Of a stretch of 32,702 bases of DNA, positions 1 through 7,114 are shown one piece after another; the stretch's first letter is position 1, and every line of letters begins with the position of its first letter. A program made the translations under genes and the position numbers. The notes below the pieces were generated by a model, which saw only the letters and a program-made list of their open reading frames with translations, had not been told where the DNA came from and searched no databases. This DNA comes from an uncultured Microthrixaceae bacterium (lineage in GTDB: Bacteria > Actinomycetota > Acidimicrobiia > Acidimicrobiales > Microtrichaceae), in contig CAYVYG010000001.1 of NCBI GenBank assembly GCA_964454385.1, positions 1-32,702 of the forward strand. Reading direction: 5' to 3'.

Positions 1-327
1 CGGGGATCCCGTCGTTCCATGGTCACCGGTGCCATGCGGGTCGGCCTCGAATGGGCCGGTGCGCCGACCGGCGAGTTGCTCTCGGTGCTGCGCGGTGGTC
101 ACTGGCTGGCCGATCGTGGCCCGGGTCTGCTGGGCGGTGACCGCGTCGGATGGGCACTGCAGGTGCTGGACCTGACCACACTCGACGGCCGACCGGCGCG
201 CCGCGAGGTGCAACGTGCGTTCCGCAACGCGCTGCGGCGCGCCCACCCGGACCACGGAGCACCTCTAGCCGGTGCTGCAGGTCGCATAGCCGAGCTCGAC
301 GCGGCCCGCAGGATCCTGTTGGGCTGA
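1..327 (+). CDS. J-domain (DnaJ-like) protein, C-terminal part; 5' end probably outside the window
   Basis: Frame 1 is open from nt 1 to TGA 325-327. The last ~60 aa fit the J-domain pattern (REVQRAFRNALRRAHPDHG) with the diagnostic HPD tripeptide at nt 244-252. Confidence 0.5.
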   Translation, partial: RGSRRSMVTGAMRVGLEWAGAPTGELLSVLRGGHWLADRGPGLLGGDRVGWALQVLDLTTLDGRPARREVQRAFRNALRRAHPDHGAPLAGAAGRIAELDAARRILLG

Positions 328-331
328 GGCC

Positions 332-934
332 TTGGCTCCCAGACGACGCCCCCGAGATCCCGGGGCGCTGGTGTTGTGGCCAGGTGCCGGCACCAGCGCG
401 GACCACCCCTCGCTGGTTGCGCTCCGCGAGGGGATGACGGAGCTACCCGTGCACCTGGTCGACTTCCCCTACCGCAGGGAGGGCCGCGGCTTCCCCGACC
501 GGGCCCCGAAGCTGGTCGCGTCGATAGTCGAGGAGGTGGACCGGATCGCCGCCGAGTCGGGCATCGAGCCCTCGAGGTTGGTGCTCGGGGGCCGGTCGAT
601 GGGAGGACGGATGGTGTCGATGGCGGTGGCGGAGGGCCTGCGGGCTGCCGGCGTGGTGCTGATCGCCTATCCGCTGCATCCACCCAGGCGGCCCGACAGG
701 TTGCGCACCGAACACCTGGCCCGGTTGAGCGTTCCGAGCCTCTGGCTCAGTGGTGACCGTGCCCCGTTCGGCTCACCCGAGGACCTCCCTGCTGCCAGGC
801 CGCTGGTGGTCGGCCCGGTCACCTCGCACACCCTGAGCGGTCGCCACGAGCTCGAGGGCGCGCAGGACCGCATCCTCTCGGAGCTGCGGGACTGGCTGGG
901 ACTGCGCAGGCGCCCCGGTACCGGATGGCAGTGA
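332..934 (+). CDS. alpha/beta-fold hydrolase, COG3571 / KANL3-Tex30-like family
   Basis: 200-aa ORF (TTG start 4 nt after the upstream stop). Contains WPGAGTSADHP, FPYRREGRGFPDR, the nucleophile elbow GGRSMGGR, and YPLHPPRRPDRLRTEHL, typical of this predicted hydrolase family. Confidence 0.7.
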   Translation: MAPRRRPRDPGALVLWPGAGTSADHPSLVALREGMTELPVHLVDFPYRREGRGFPDRAPKLVASIVEEVDRIAAESGIEPSRLVLGGRSMGGRMVSMAVAEGLRAAGVVLIAYPLHPPRRPDRLRTEHLARLSVPSLWLSGDRAPFGSPEDLPAARPLVVGPVTSHTLSGRHELEGAQDRILSELRDWLGLRRRPGTGWQ

Positions 935-1013
935 GCATGGCAGTAGGACTGCATGGCAGTGAGACTGCATGGCAGTGAGACTGCATGGCAGTGAGACTGC
1001 ATGGCAGTGAGAC
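925..1013. repeat. Tandem repeat, 16-bp unit ATGGCAGTGAGACTGC (six ATGGCAGT starts; three perfect 16-mers at 953-1000)
   Basis: Read directly. Copies start at 925, 937, 953, 969, 985 and 1001. The first copy contains the hydrolase stop TGA 932-934. The unit is self-complementary (GCAGT-GAG-ACTGC and CTGC-ATG-GCAG). Confidence 0.95.
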
Positions 1014-1032
1014 CGGCAGCGTCCGGGCGGCT

Positions 1033-1086
1033 CTGCGCGTGTGCATCTGCGCGTGTGCATCTGCGTGACTGCGCATCTGCGTGACC
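1033..1086. repeat. Second tandem array: 2 x CTGCGCGTGTGCAT (1033-1060) then 1.6 x CTGCGTGACTGCGCAT (1061-1086)
   Basis: Read directly. Together with 925-1013 it fills most of the 167-bp spacer between convergent genes (stops at 934 and 1102). Confidence 0.9.
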
Positions 1087-1101
1087 GTGCTGGCGCGAGG
1101 C

Positions 1102-2706
1102 TCAGCGTGAGCGTTCGCCGAGATCCTCGTTGAGCGTCTCGAGCTCCATCCCGGATGTCTCGGGCACCCGCAGCGCGAGCGCCGCAGCGGCCAGCGGAGC
1201 GATCGCCATCCACATGAAGCCGTAGCGGTAGCCGATGCTGTCAGCCAGCGAGCCGGCGCTGAGCAGGCCGAGGACCGAGCCGGCCATCGCCACCGCGGTC
1301 AGGGCGCCTCTCGCGGATCCGCGGCGCGCGGTCGGGAACATCTCGGGAGCGAGGACCCCCAGGGCGGGCACCGAGAGCATCCCGACCCCCGAAGCCAGTG
1401 CCGCCGAGAGCCACATCACGGTCCCCCCGGTGGCGAAGAACCCCGCGCCGAACACCGCTGTCGCCACGAACCCCGGAACCATCACCGCGCGGCGGCTCCG
1501 ACGGTCAGCGACCCGGCCACCGACGAGGATCCCGAAGAGCCCCGGGATGCTCGTGACCGCGATGAACAACGTGAGGCGGCTGCCGGCGAAGCCGTGATCG
1601 GTTCGCAGGTAGTCGTTCTGCAGCTGCGAGGCGGGCGCAACGAAGAAGTTGAACAGCACCAACAGCGCTCCCACGAACAAGAAGCGCCGCGGGTCGATGC
1701 GGCGGGCCGCCGAGGAGAAGCGGTTCCTCGTGACGAACCGGTGGCTCTCGGGCAGATGGCGGGCGCCGATCACCAGCAGCGGCACGCACGCGAGGGACAC
1801 CAGGAACACGTAGCGCCAGCCGTTCGCGCCCAGGTCGGCGAGCGGCAGGGCCAGGATCACGAGCCCCGAGCCCAGGCCGTAGCTGAGCGCTCCGAGGCCC
1901 TGGGCGACCGCACGCGAACCGGCGGGCAGCTCCTCCACGCTGAGGGTGTCCGCCGAGAGCATCGCTGCGATCGCGAGGTTGCGTGCCAGGGTCTGGAGCA
2001 GCGCGAGCACCCAGAGGTCCGGAGCCAGCCCACCTGCCAGGGTCAGCGCGACGGCGGCGCCGGCGGACCAGATCGCGACCCTGCGACGACCGAAGCGGTC
2101 GGTGCCCGCCATCACCGCCACCGTGAGCACCGCTCCCAACCGTGCGACGGCCAGCACGAGGGACTGCTCACCGGCGCTGCCGTCGCCCAGGTCCGCCGCG
2201 ATGAAGGTGAGCACGTTGGTGAGGAACGAGAACAGGATCCCCCCGATCACGTGGAACAGGCACATGACCGCTACCACCCTCGCCTGGGCCGCGCTCAGCC
2301 GATCGGGCATCGCCCACATGGGGCTGCGTCCGGGTGGCAACCCGTTGCGCAGGGCGCGGCGCATCAACGGGAAGAACAAGGGCGCGAAGACCGGTATCGC
2401 GGGCCAGAAGCGCACGTGCTGGCGGTAGCGGACCCGGCCCGCCCCGATGGGCTCCCAGCTCACGACGCGCTCGTAGGTGCTGAACGGGCCGTGCGCGCAA
2501 CGGAAGCGTGCCTCGCCGGTGCTGCCGGGACCACCGTCGCCGCCAACGGAGTCGGCGGGTACGGAGCCGGTCAGGGTCGGGCGGGTCTCCGCCACGAGCG
2601 CGTCGTCGCGGGGAGCCAACCGGGCGCTCAGCTCCGCGAGGTCGATGTCGATCTCGAAGGGCCGGGCCACGCTGCGAGATCCTAGGGATCGGCGTGTCGG
2701 CGCCAT
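1102..2706 (-). CDS. MFS transporter with ~135-aa N-terminal non-membrane extension
   Basis: The C-terminal ~400 aa show 12-TM-like hydrophobic periodicity and the MFS loop motif GTDRFGRRR. ATG at 2706 is the first Met not antisense to murA. The start is uncertain (alternative Met at MWAMPDR). The 796-aa track ORF is over-extended. Confidence 0.7.
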   Translation of the reverse strand: MAPTRRSLGSRSVARPFEIDIDLAELSARLAPRDDALVAETRPTLTGSVPADSVGGDGGPGSTGEARFRCAHGPFSTYERVVSWEPIGAGRVRYRQHVRFWPAIPVFAPLFFPLMRRALRNGLPPGRSPMWAMPDRLSAAQARVVAVMCLFHVIGGILFSFLTNVLTFIAADLGDGSAGEQSLVLAVARLGAVLTVAVMAGTDRFGRRRVAIWSAGAAVALTLAGGLAPDLWVLALLQTLARNLAIAAMLSADTLSVEELPAGSRAVAQGLGALSYGLGSGLVILALPLADLGANGWRYVFLVSLACVPLLVIGARHLPESHRFVTRNRFSSAARRIDPRRFLFVGALLVLFNFFVAPASQLQNDYLRTDHGFAGSRLTLFIAVTSIPGLFGILVGGRVADRRSRRAVMVPGFVATAVFGAGFFATGGTVMWLSAALASGVGMLSVPALGVLAPEMFPTARRGSARGALTAVAMAGSVLGLLSAGSLADSIGYRYGFMWMAIAPLAAAALALRVPETSGMELETLNEDLGERSR

Positions 2707-2715
2707 ACTTGTCCG

Positions 2716-3972
2716 ATGAGCCGCTACGTCGTGAGCCGTTCGGGCCCGCTCGAGGGTGAGGTCCGGATCAGCGGTGCCAAGAACTCGGCGCTCAAGTTGA
2801 TGGCCGCCTGCCTGCTCGCCGAGGGAACCCACACCCTCGAAAACGTGCCCGACATCGTCGACGTCACCCTGATGGCCGGTGTGTTGGAGGCGATGGGTAT
2901 GCGCGTCCATCGGGTGGACGGCAACCGCATCGAGGTGACCAGGGGTGCCGAGGTCCGCCCGGAGGCCCCCTACGAGCTGGTGGAGAAGATGCGGGCATCC
3001 ACCGCGGTGCTCGGTCCGCTGCTCGCCACCCTGGGTGAGGCGCGGGTCGCGATGCCCGGAGGTGACGACTTCGGAGCCCGTCCGATCGACATGCACCTGG
3101 CCGGTCTCGAAGCCCTCGGCGCCAGCTTCGAACTGTCCCACGGTGACATCCACGGCCGCACCGACGGGCTCGTCGGAGCCGAGATCGCCCTCGAGTACCC
3201 GAGCGTGGGCGCCACCGAGAACCTCCTGATGGCCGCGGTGCTCGCCGAGGGCCACACGAGCATCCTCAACGCAGCCCGTGAGCCCGAGATCGCGGACCTG
3301 GCGGCCCTGTTGAACCGCATGGGCGCAACGGTGGTCGGTGCCGGAACCGCGCGGATCGACATCGACGGCGTGTCGCACCTCGAGGCGGTCGACCACGTCG
3401 TCGTGCCGGATCGCCTGGAGCTGGCGACCTTCCTGGCCGCGCTCGGTGTCACCGGGGGTGAGCTGACGTTGCGCAACGCACGCGCCGATCACGTCGAGTT
3501 GCTGATCGACCGGATGGGCGCGATGGGGGTTCGGATCTCACCCGAGGGCGACAGCATCTGGGCGATGAGTCGCGGCCGGCCCCGCGCAACCGACCTCGCG
3601 ACGTTGCCCTACCCGGGTCTCGCAACCGACTTCCTCCCGCTGCTCGTGGCGGTGCTGTGCGTGGCCGAGGGCACGAGCTTCGCCACCGAGAACGTCTTCG
3701 CAGGGCGTTTCGGGTACGTGGGCGAGCTCGCTCGGATGGGGGCACTGATCCGGGTGGAGGACCACCACCTGATCATCGAGGGGGTCGAATCGCTCTCGGG
3801 TGCTCCCGTGAAGGCGTCCGACATCCGAGCGGGTGCTGCGCTGCTGGTGGCCGGCCTGGGCGCCGAGGGCACGACCGAGATCCGCGGAGGTGAGCACATC
3901 GACCGTGGCTACGAACGGATCCATTCCAAGTTGGGCGCGCTGGGCGCTACCGTCGAGCGTTTCGAGGACTGA
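2716..3972 (+). CDS. murA: UDP-N-acetylglucosamine 1-carboxyvinyltransferase
   Basis: 418 aa. The N-terminus GPLEGEVRISGAKNSALKLMAACLLAEG aligns with the E. coli MurA N-terminus. The active-site loop is PGGDDFGARPIDMH, and length and overall pattern are typical. Confidence 0.95.
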   Translation: MSRYVVSRSGPLEGEVRISGAKNSALKLMAACLLAEGTHTLENVPDIVDVTLMAGVLEAMGMRVHRVDGNRIEVTRGAEVRPEAPYELVEKMRASTAVLGPLLATLGEARVAMPGGDDFGARPIDMHLAGLEALGASFELSHGDIHGRTDGLVGAEIALEYPSVGATENLLMAAVLAEGHTSILNAAREPEIADLAALLNRMGATVVGAGTARIDIDGVSHLEAVDHVVVPDRLELATFLAALGVTGGELTLRNARADHVELLIDRMGAMGVRISPEGDSIWAMSRGRPRATDLATLPYPGLATDFLPLLVAVLCVAEGTSFATENVFAGRFGYVGELARMGALIRVEDHHLIIEGVESLSGAPVKASDIRAGAALLVAGLGAEGTTEIRGGEHIDRGYERIHSKLGALGATVERFED

Positions 3973-3984
3973 GCTGTCGTTGGG

Positions 3985-4272
3985 ATGCCGGTGGAACCAC
4001 ATCAGATCGAGCGCGGCGAGGTCGAAGAGGTCATCGGGTTGCTCCGTCCCGCCATCCAGGCCGATGGCGGTGACATCGAACTGGTCGACGTCGACACGAC
4101 GACCGGGGTGGTCACCGTCGCGCTGCAGGGCGCGTGCGTCAGCTGTCCGGCGTCCACCGTCACGATGAAGGCCGGCATCGAGCGCATCATGAAGGACCGC
4201 ATCCCCGCGGTCAGCGCGGTCGTGGCGCCGGGGGACATCGAGCGCGCTCTGGAGCTGGGAGGCTCGCTCTGA
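3985..4272 (+). CDS. NifU-like (Nfu C-terminal domain) Fe-S cluster carrier protein
   Basis: 95 aa with IRPAIQADGGDIELVDV and GACVSCPASTVTMK (CxxC) motifs typical of the NifU C-terminal domain. Lies 12 nt after murA. Confidence 0.8.
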   Translation: MPVEPHQIERGEVEEVIGLLRPAIQADGGDIELVDVDTTTGVVTVALQGACVSCPASTVTMKAGIERIMKDRIPAVSAVVAPGDIERALELGGSL

Positions 4273-4286
4273 GTGACCCCGGTGCC

Positions 4287-5219
4287 GTGGCGGACCTCCT
4301 CGAACGTGCGACCGGTGGGGACCGGGGCGCGCTCGCGAAGCTGATCTCGATGGCCGAGAGAGGGGGTTCCGACGCAGCTGCGGTGTCAGCTGTGACCTGG
4401 CCTCGCGCCGGTTCCGCCCACCTGGTGGGACTGACCGGCGCTCCGGGGTCGGGAAAGTCCACGCTCACCAACGCACTGTGCAGCGAGCTGCGCGCCCGAC
4501 GGCGCACCGTCGGGGTACTAGCGGTGGATCCGACCTCGCCGTTCAGCGGAGGGGCGATCCCGGGTGATCGGATCCGCATGGGCGACCAGGCCACCGACGA
4601 GGGCGTGTACGTCCGCTCGATGGCCACCCGCGGGAACCTGGGGGGCCTGGCGCTCGCCACCCCGGAGGCCGCACGGGTGCTGGATGCGGTCGGGTACGAC
4701 GTGGTGGTGGTGGAGACCGTCGGGGTCGGCCAGGTCGAGGTGGCCGTCGCGGGCGCCGCGGACACCACCGTGGTGGTGGTCAACCCCGGTTGGGGCGACG
4801 CGGTCCAGGCGGCCAAGGCGGGCCTCATGGAGATCGCGGATGTCTTCGTGGTCAACAAGTCCGATCGTCCCGGATCCCGCGAGACCCGTAGGGACCTCGA
4901 GGGGATGCTCGACATGCGACGGACGACCGCTGGTCCCCGGCCGCCGGTCATCGAGACGGTCGCGATCGGCAACGAGGGCATCCCCGAGCTGCTCGACGCG
5001 CTGGAGGAGCACCGTCGGTGGTTGGACTCCTCGGGCGAGGGCGCCGCGAGGCGCGACGCCCGGGCCCGCGACGAGCTGTACGCGGTCCTGACCGCCGAGC
5101 TGCACCGCCGCGCCGATGCGATGGTCGGTGGGCCGCGTTGGGACGCGGCGCTGGCGGAGGTCCTCGCGCGTCGCGTCGATCCATGGGCGGCGGCGTCGGG
5201 GTTGTTGGAGGGGGACTGA
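4287..5219 (+). CDS. meaB: MeaB/ArgK-type G3E-family GTPase (metallochaperone class)
   Basis: P-loop GLTGAPGSGKST, then VLAVDPSSPFSGGAILGDR-like, VVVETVGVGQ and VVNKSD motifs. GTG 4287 is chosen because homologues begin near ...LLERA..GDR.ALA.LIS. The track start at 4134 would overlap the NifU-like gene by 139 nt. Confidence 0.85.
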   Translation: MADLLERATGGDRGALAKLISMAERGGSDAAAVSAVTWPRAGSAHLVGLTGAPGSGKSTLTNALCSELRARRRTVGVLAVDPTSPFSGGAIPGDRIRMGDQATDEGVYVRSMATRGNLGGLALATPEAARVLDAVGYDVVVVETVGVGQVEVAVAGAADTTVVVVNPGWGDAVQAAKAGLMEIADVFVVNKSDRPGSRETRRDLEGMLDMRRTTAGPRPPVIETVAIGNEGIPELLDALEEHRRWLDSSGEGAARRDARARDELYAVLTAELHRRADAMVGGPRWDAALAEVLARRVDPWAAASGLLEGD

Positions 5220-5224
5220 TCCGG

Positions 5225-5962
5225 GTGTGCGCGCACCGGCCCGCGGCCCGGGCGGGCGATCGGCTCGCCGAAGCATTGACCGCCGTGCTCGAACCCGATG
5301 TGGAACTGGGTGGGCGCTTGAGCAACGAAGGATCCGCCGTGCTCTATGCGGGCAGGGACCGCCATCGCGACGTCGCGGTGGTCGTGAAGGCATGTCGCGA
5401 CAGCGCAGCGGAGTCGCTGCAGACCGAGGCCCGCGCGCTGGCGCGCCTGGCCGGCCATCCGCACATCCTCGGGGCGGTCTCGGTGGGTCACCGTGGCGAC
5501 CTCACCTGGGTGGTCACCGATCGTGCTCCCGGAGGGTCGCTGCAGGACCGCATCGGCACTCCGGCCGATCAGGCGCTGCGCTGGGCCGCCCAGCTCGCCT
5601 GTGCGCTCGACCACGCGCACACCAACGGCGTGGTCCATGGCGACGTCACACCCTCCAACGTGCTCGTGGGTGCGCAGGACCAGGTGCTCCTGGGTGATTT
5701 CGGCTCCGCGGTGGTTCTCGAAGACGCGGCGCTGCACGAGCGCCCCCGGGGCGCCACGCCTGCCTTCGCGCCACCGGAGCGCCACCGGCGGGTCGCTGCG
5801 ACCGCCTCGGACGACGTCTACGGCCTGGGGGCCACCATGGTCACGGTCTGTGGCGACATCGAGGGCCTGCCCGCGGTCCAACGACGCCTGTTGCAACGGT
5901 GCCTCGGCCCGGCGCGCAGGCGTCCCGACGCACGCCAGCTCGCGAACGGCCTGACCCTCTGA
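5225..5962 (+). CDS. Stand-alone minimal Hanks-type Ser/Thr kinase-like protein (non-RD, degenerate Gly loop)
   Basis: 245 aa from a GTG 5 nt after the meaB stop. Contains VAVVVK (beta3 Lys55), Glu68, catalytic loop HGDVTPSN (138-145), DFG (158-160), APPE (182-185) and DDVYGLG. No TM or sensor domain. Confidence 0.6.
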   Translation: MCAHRPAARAGDRLAEALTAVLEPDVELGGRLSNEGSAVLYAGRDRHRDVAVVVKACRDSAAESLQTEARALARLAGHPHILGAVSVGHRGDLTWVVTDRAPGGSLQDRIGTPADQALRWAAQLACALDHAHTNGVVHGDVTPSNVLVGAQDQVLLGDFGSAVVLEDAALHERPRGATPAFAPPERHRRVAATASDDVYGLGATMVTVCGDIEGLPAVQRRLLQRCLGPARRRPDARQLANGLTL

Positions 5963-6002
5963 GCTCCGGGCTGTGCTCTCCGGCTGGCCCCGGGCTTTCT
6001 CG

Positions 6003-6040
6003 GGCTCTGATCGGGTGCTCTCTGGCTGTGATCGGGTGCT
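6003..6040. repeat. Direct repeat GGCT(C/G)TGATCGGGTGCT x2 with 21-bp period
   Basis: Copies at 6003-6019 and 6024-6040 differ at one base. Lies in the 214-bp spacer between the kinase-like gene and cysK. Confidence 0.85.
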
Positions 6041-6083
6041 GCCTGCCCGGCTCCGGACCCCGGTTCCCCCGAGCGCGATCAAT

Positions 6084-6118
6084 CCTGACTTGTCAGGTCG
6101 GATTTAGCGCCGTAGCTT
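6084..6118 (+). promoter_or_regulatory. Putative cysK promoter (-35 TTGTCA 6090-6095, 17-bp spacer, -10 TAGCTT 6113-6118) overlapped by the perfect palindrome CCTGACTTGTCAGG (6084-6097)
   Basis: Hexamers and palindrome read directly. The -10 fits actinobacterial TANNNT. Function is inferred only. Confidence 0.3.
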
Positions 6119-6136
6119 CGGTCGTGCCCGCAACCC

Positions 6137-6165
6137 GATCGACAACTGATCGACAACCTGATCGA
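6137..6165. repeat. Three phased copies of GATCGA(CAAC) in the cysK leader (starts 6137, 6148, 6160)
   Basis: GATCGACAAC x2 plus GATCGAGAGG, spaced 11-12 bp. The last copy merges with the Shine-Dalgarno GAGAGG (6164-6169), 7 nt before ATG 6177. Confidence 0.85.
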
Positions 6166-6176
6166 GAGGCGCCGAG

Positions 6177-7112
6177 ATGGCAAGGATCCACAACGACATC
6201 ACCGAACTGATCGGCAACACCCCGCTCGTGCGGATCAACCGCCTGTCCGAGGGCCTGGGAGCCGACCTCGTGGCGAAGCTCGAGTACTACAACCCGGGCC
6301 ACAGCGTGAAGGACCGCATCGGACTCTCGATGATCGAGGCCGCGGAGAGAGCCGGTGTCCTTGGACCGGACTCGATCATCTGCGAGCCGACCAGCGGCAA
6401 CACCGGCATAGCGCTCGCCATGGTCGCGGCCGCGCGGGGCTACAGGGCGACCTTCACGATGCCCGACACGATGAGCGTCGAGCGCAGGGCGCTGCTGCGT
6501 GCCTACGGAGCCGAGGTGGTGCTCACCCCCGGCGCGGAGGGCATGACCGGTGCGATCGCCAGGGCCCGTGAGCTCGCCGAGGGTGATCCGCGCTACTTCA
6601 TACCCCAGCAGTTCGAGAACCCCGCCAACCCCGAGGTCCACCGCAGGACCACCGCCGAGGAGATCTGGGCCGACACCGACGGCGAGGTCGACATCGTCGT
6701 CGCAGGTGTCGGGACCGGCGGAACGGTCAGCGGCGTCGGCCAGGTGCTCAAGGAGCGCAAGCCAGCGGTCGGGATCGTCGCGGTCGAGCCGGCCGATTCC
6801 CCGGTGCTCTCGGGTGGCGAGAAGGGCCCGCACCCGATCCAGGGACTCGGAGCGGGCTTCGTGCCCGACAACTACGACCCGGCGGTGGTCGACGAGGTGA
6901 TCGCGGTCAGCGACGACAACACCTTCGACACCGCGCGGCGAGCGGCACGCGAAGAGGGCCTTCTGGTCGGGATCTCATCGGGTGCCGCGCTGTGGGCTGC
7001 ACTGCAGGTCGCCGGTCGTGAGGAGAACCGCGACAAGCTGGTGGTCGTGGTGATACCCAGCTACGGCGAGCGCTACCTGAGCACCCGGCTCTTCGAGGGT
7101 CTGGCCGACTGA
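6177..7112 (+). CDS. cysK: Cysteine synthase A (O-acetylserine sulfhydrylase)
   Basis: 311 aa. Contains [12 protein letters not shown], the PLP-lysine context [21 protein letters not shown] and [10 protein letters not shown] motifs. Confidence 0.95.
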   Translation: MARIHNDITELIGNTPLVRINRLSEGLGADLVAKLEYYNPGHSVKDRIGLSMIEAAERAGVLGPDSIICEPTSGNTGIALAMVAAARGYRATFTMPDTMSVERRALLRAYGAEVVLTPGAEGMTGAIARARELAEGDPRYFIPQQFENPANPEVHRRTTAEEIWADTDGEVDIVVAGVGTGGTVSGVGQVLKERKPAVGIVAVEPADSPVLSGGEKGPHPIQGLGAGFVPDNYDPAVVDEVIAVSDDNTFDTARRAAREEGLLVGISSGAALWAALQVAGREENRDKLVVVVIPSYGERYLSTRLFEGLAD

Positions 7113-7114
7113 GC

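Noticed and set aside
925-1086. Possible CRISPR array, because of regularly spaced repeats.
   Set aside because: The units are contiguous 14-16-mers with no unique spacers, and there are no cas genes in the window. It is a plain tandem repeat.
2707-3492. N-terminal 262 codons of the 796-aa minus-strand track ORF (1102..3492).
   Set aside because: It is entirely antisense to the well-supported murA gene and has an Arg/Gly/His-rich junk composition. Only the part from ATG 2706 downstream looks like a real (MFS) protein.
4134-4286. Track start of the meaB-like ORF at 4134.
   Set aside because: It would overlap the NifU-like gene by 139 nt and adds an Arg/Gly-rich non-homologous leader. GTG 4287 reproduces the usual MeaB N-terminus.
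4211-6082. 623-aa minus-strand ORF. Similar long antisense ORFs are 31253..32611 (-), 14564..15769 (-), 20522..21820 (-), 21646..23061 (-), 1594..2685 (+) and 27854..28708 (-).
   Set aside because: They lie opposite genes with strong family signatures and have Arg/Pro/Gly/Ala-dominated composition with no recognisable motifs. This is the typical stop-codon-poor antisense frame of very high-GC DNA.
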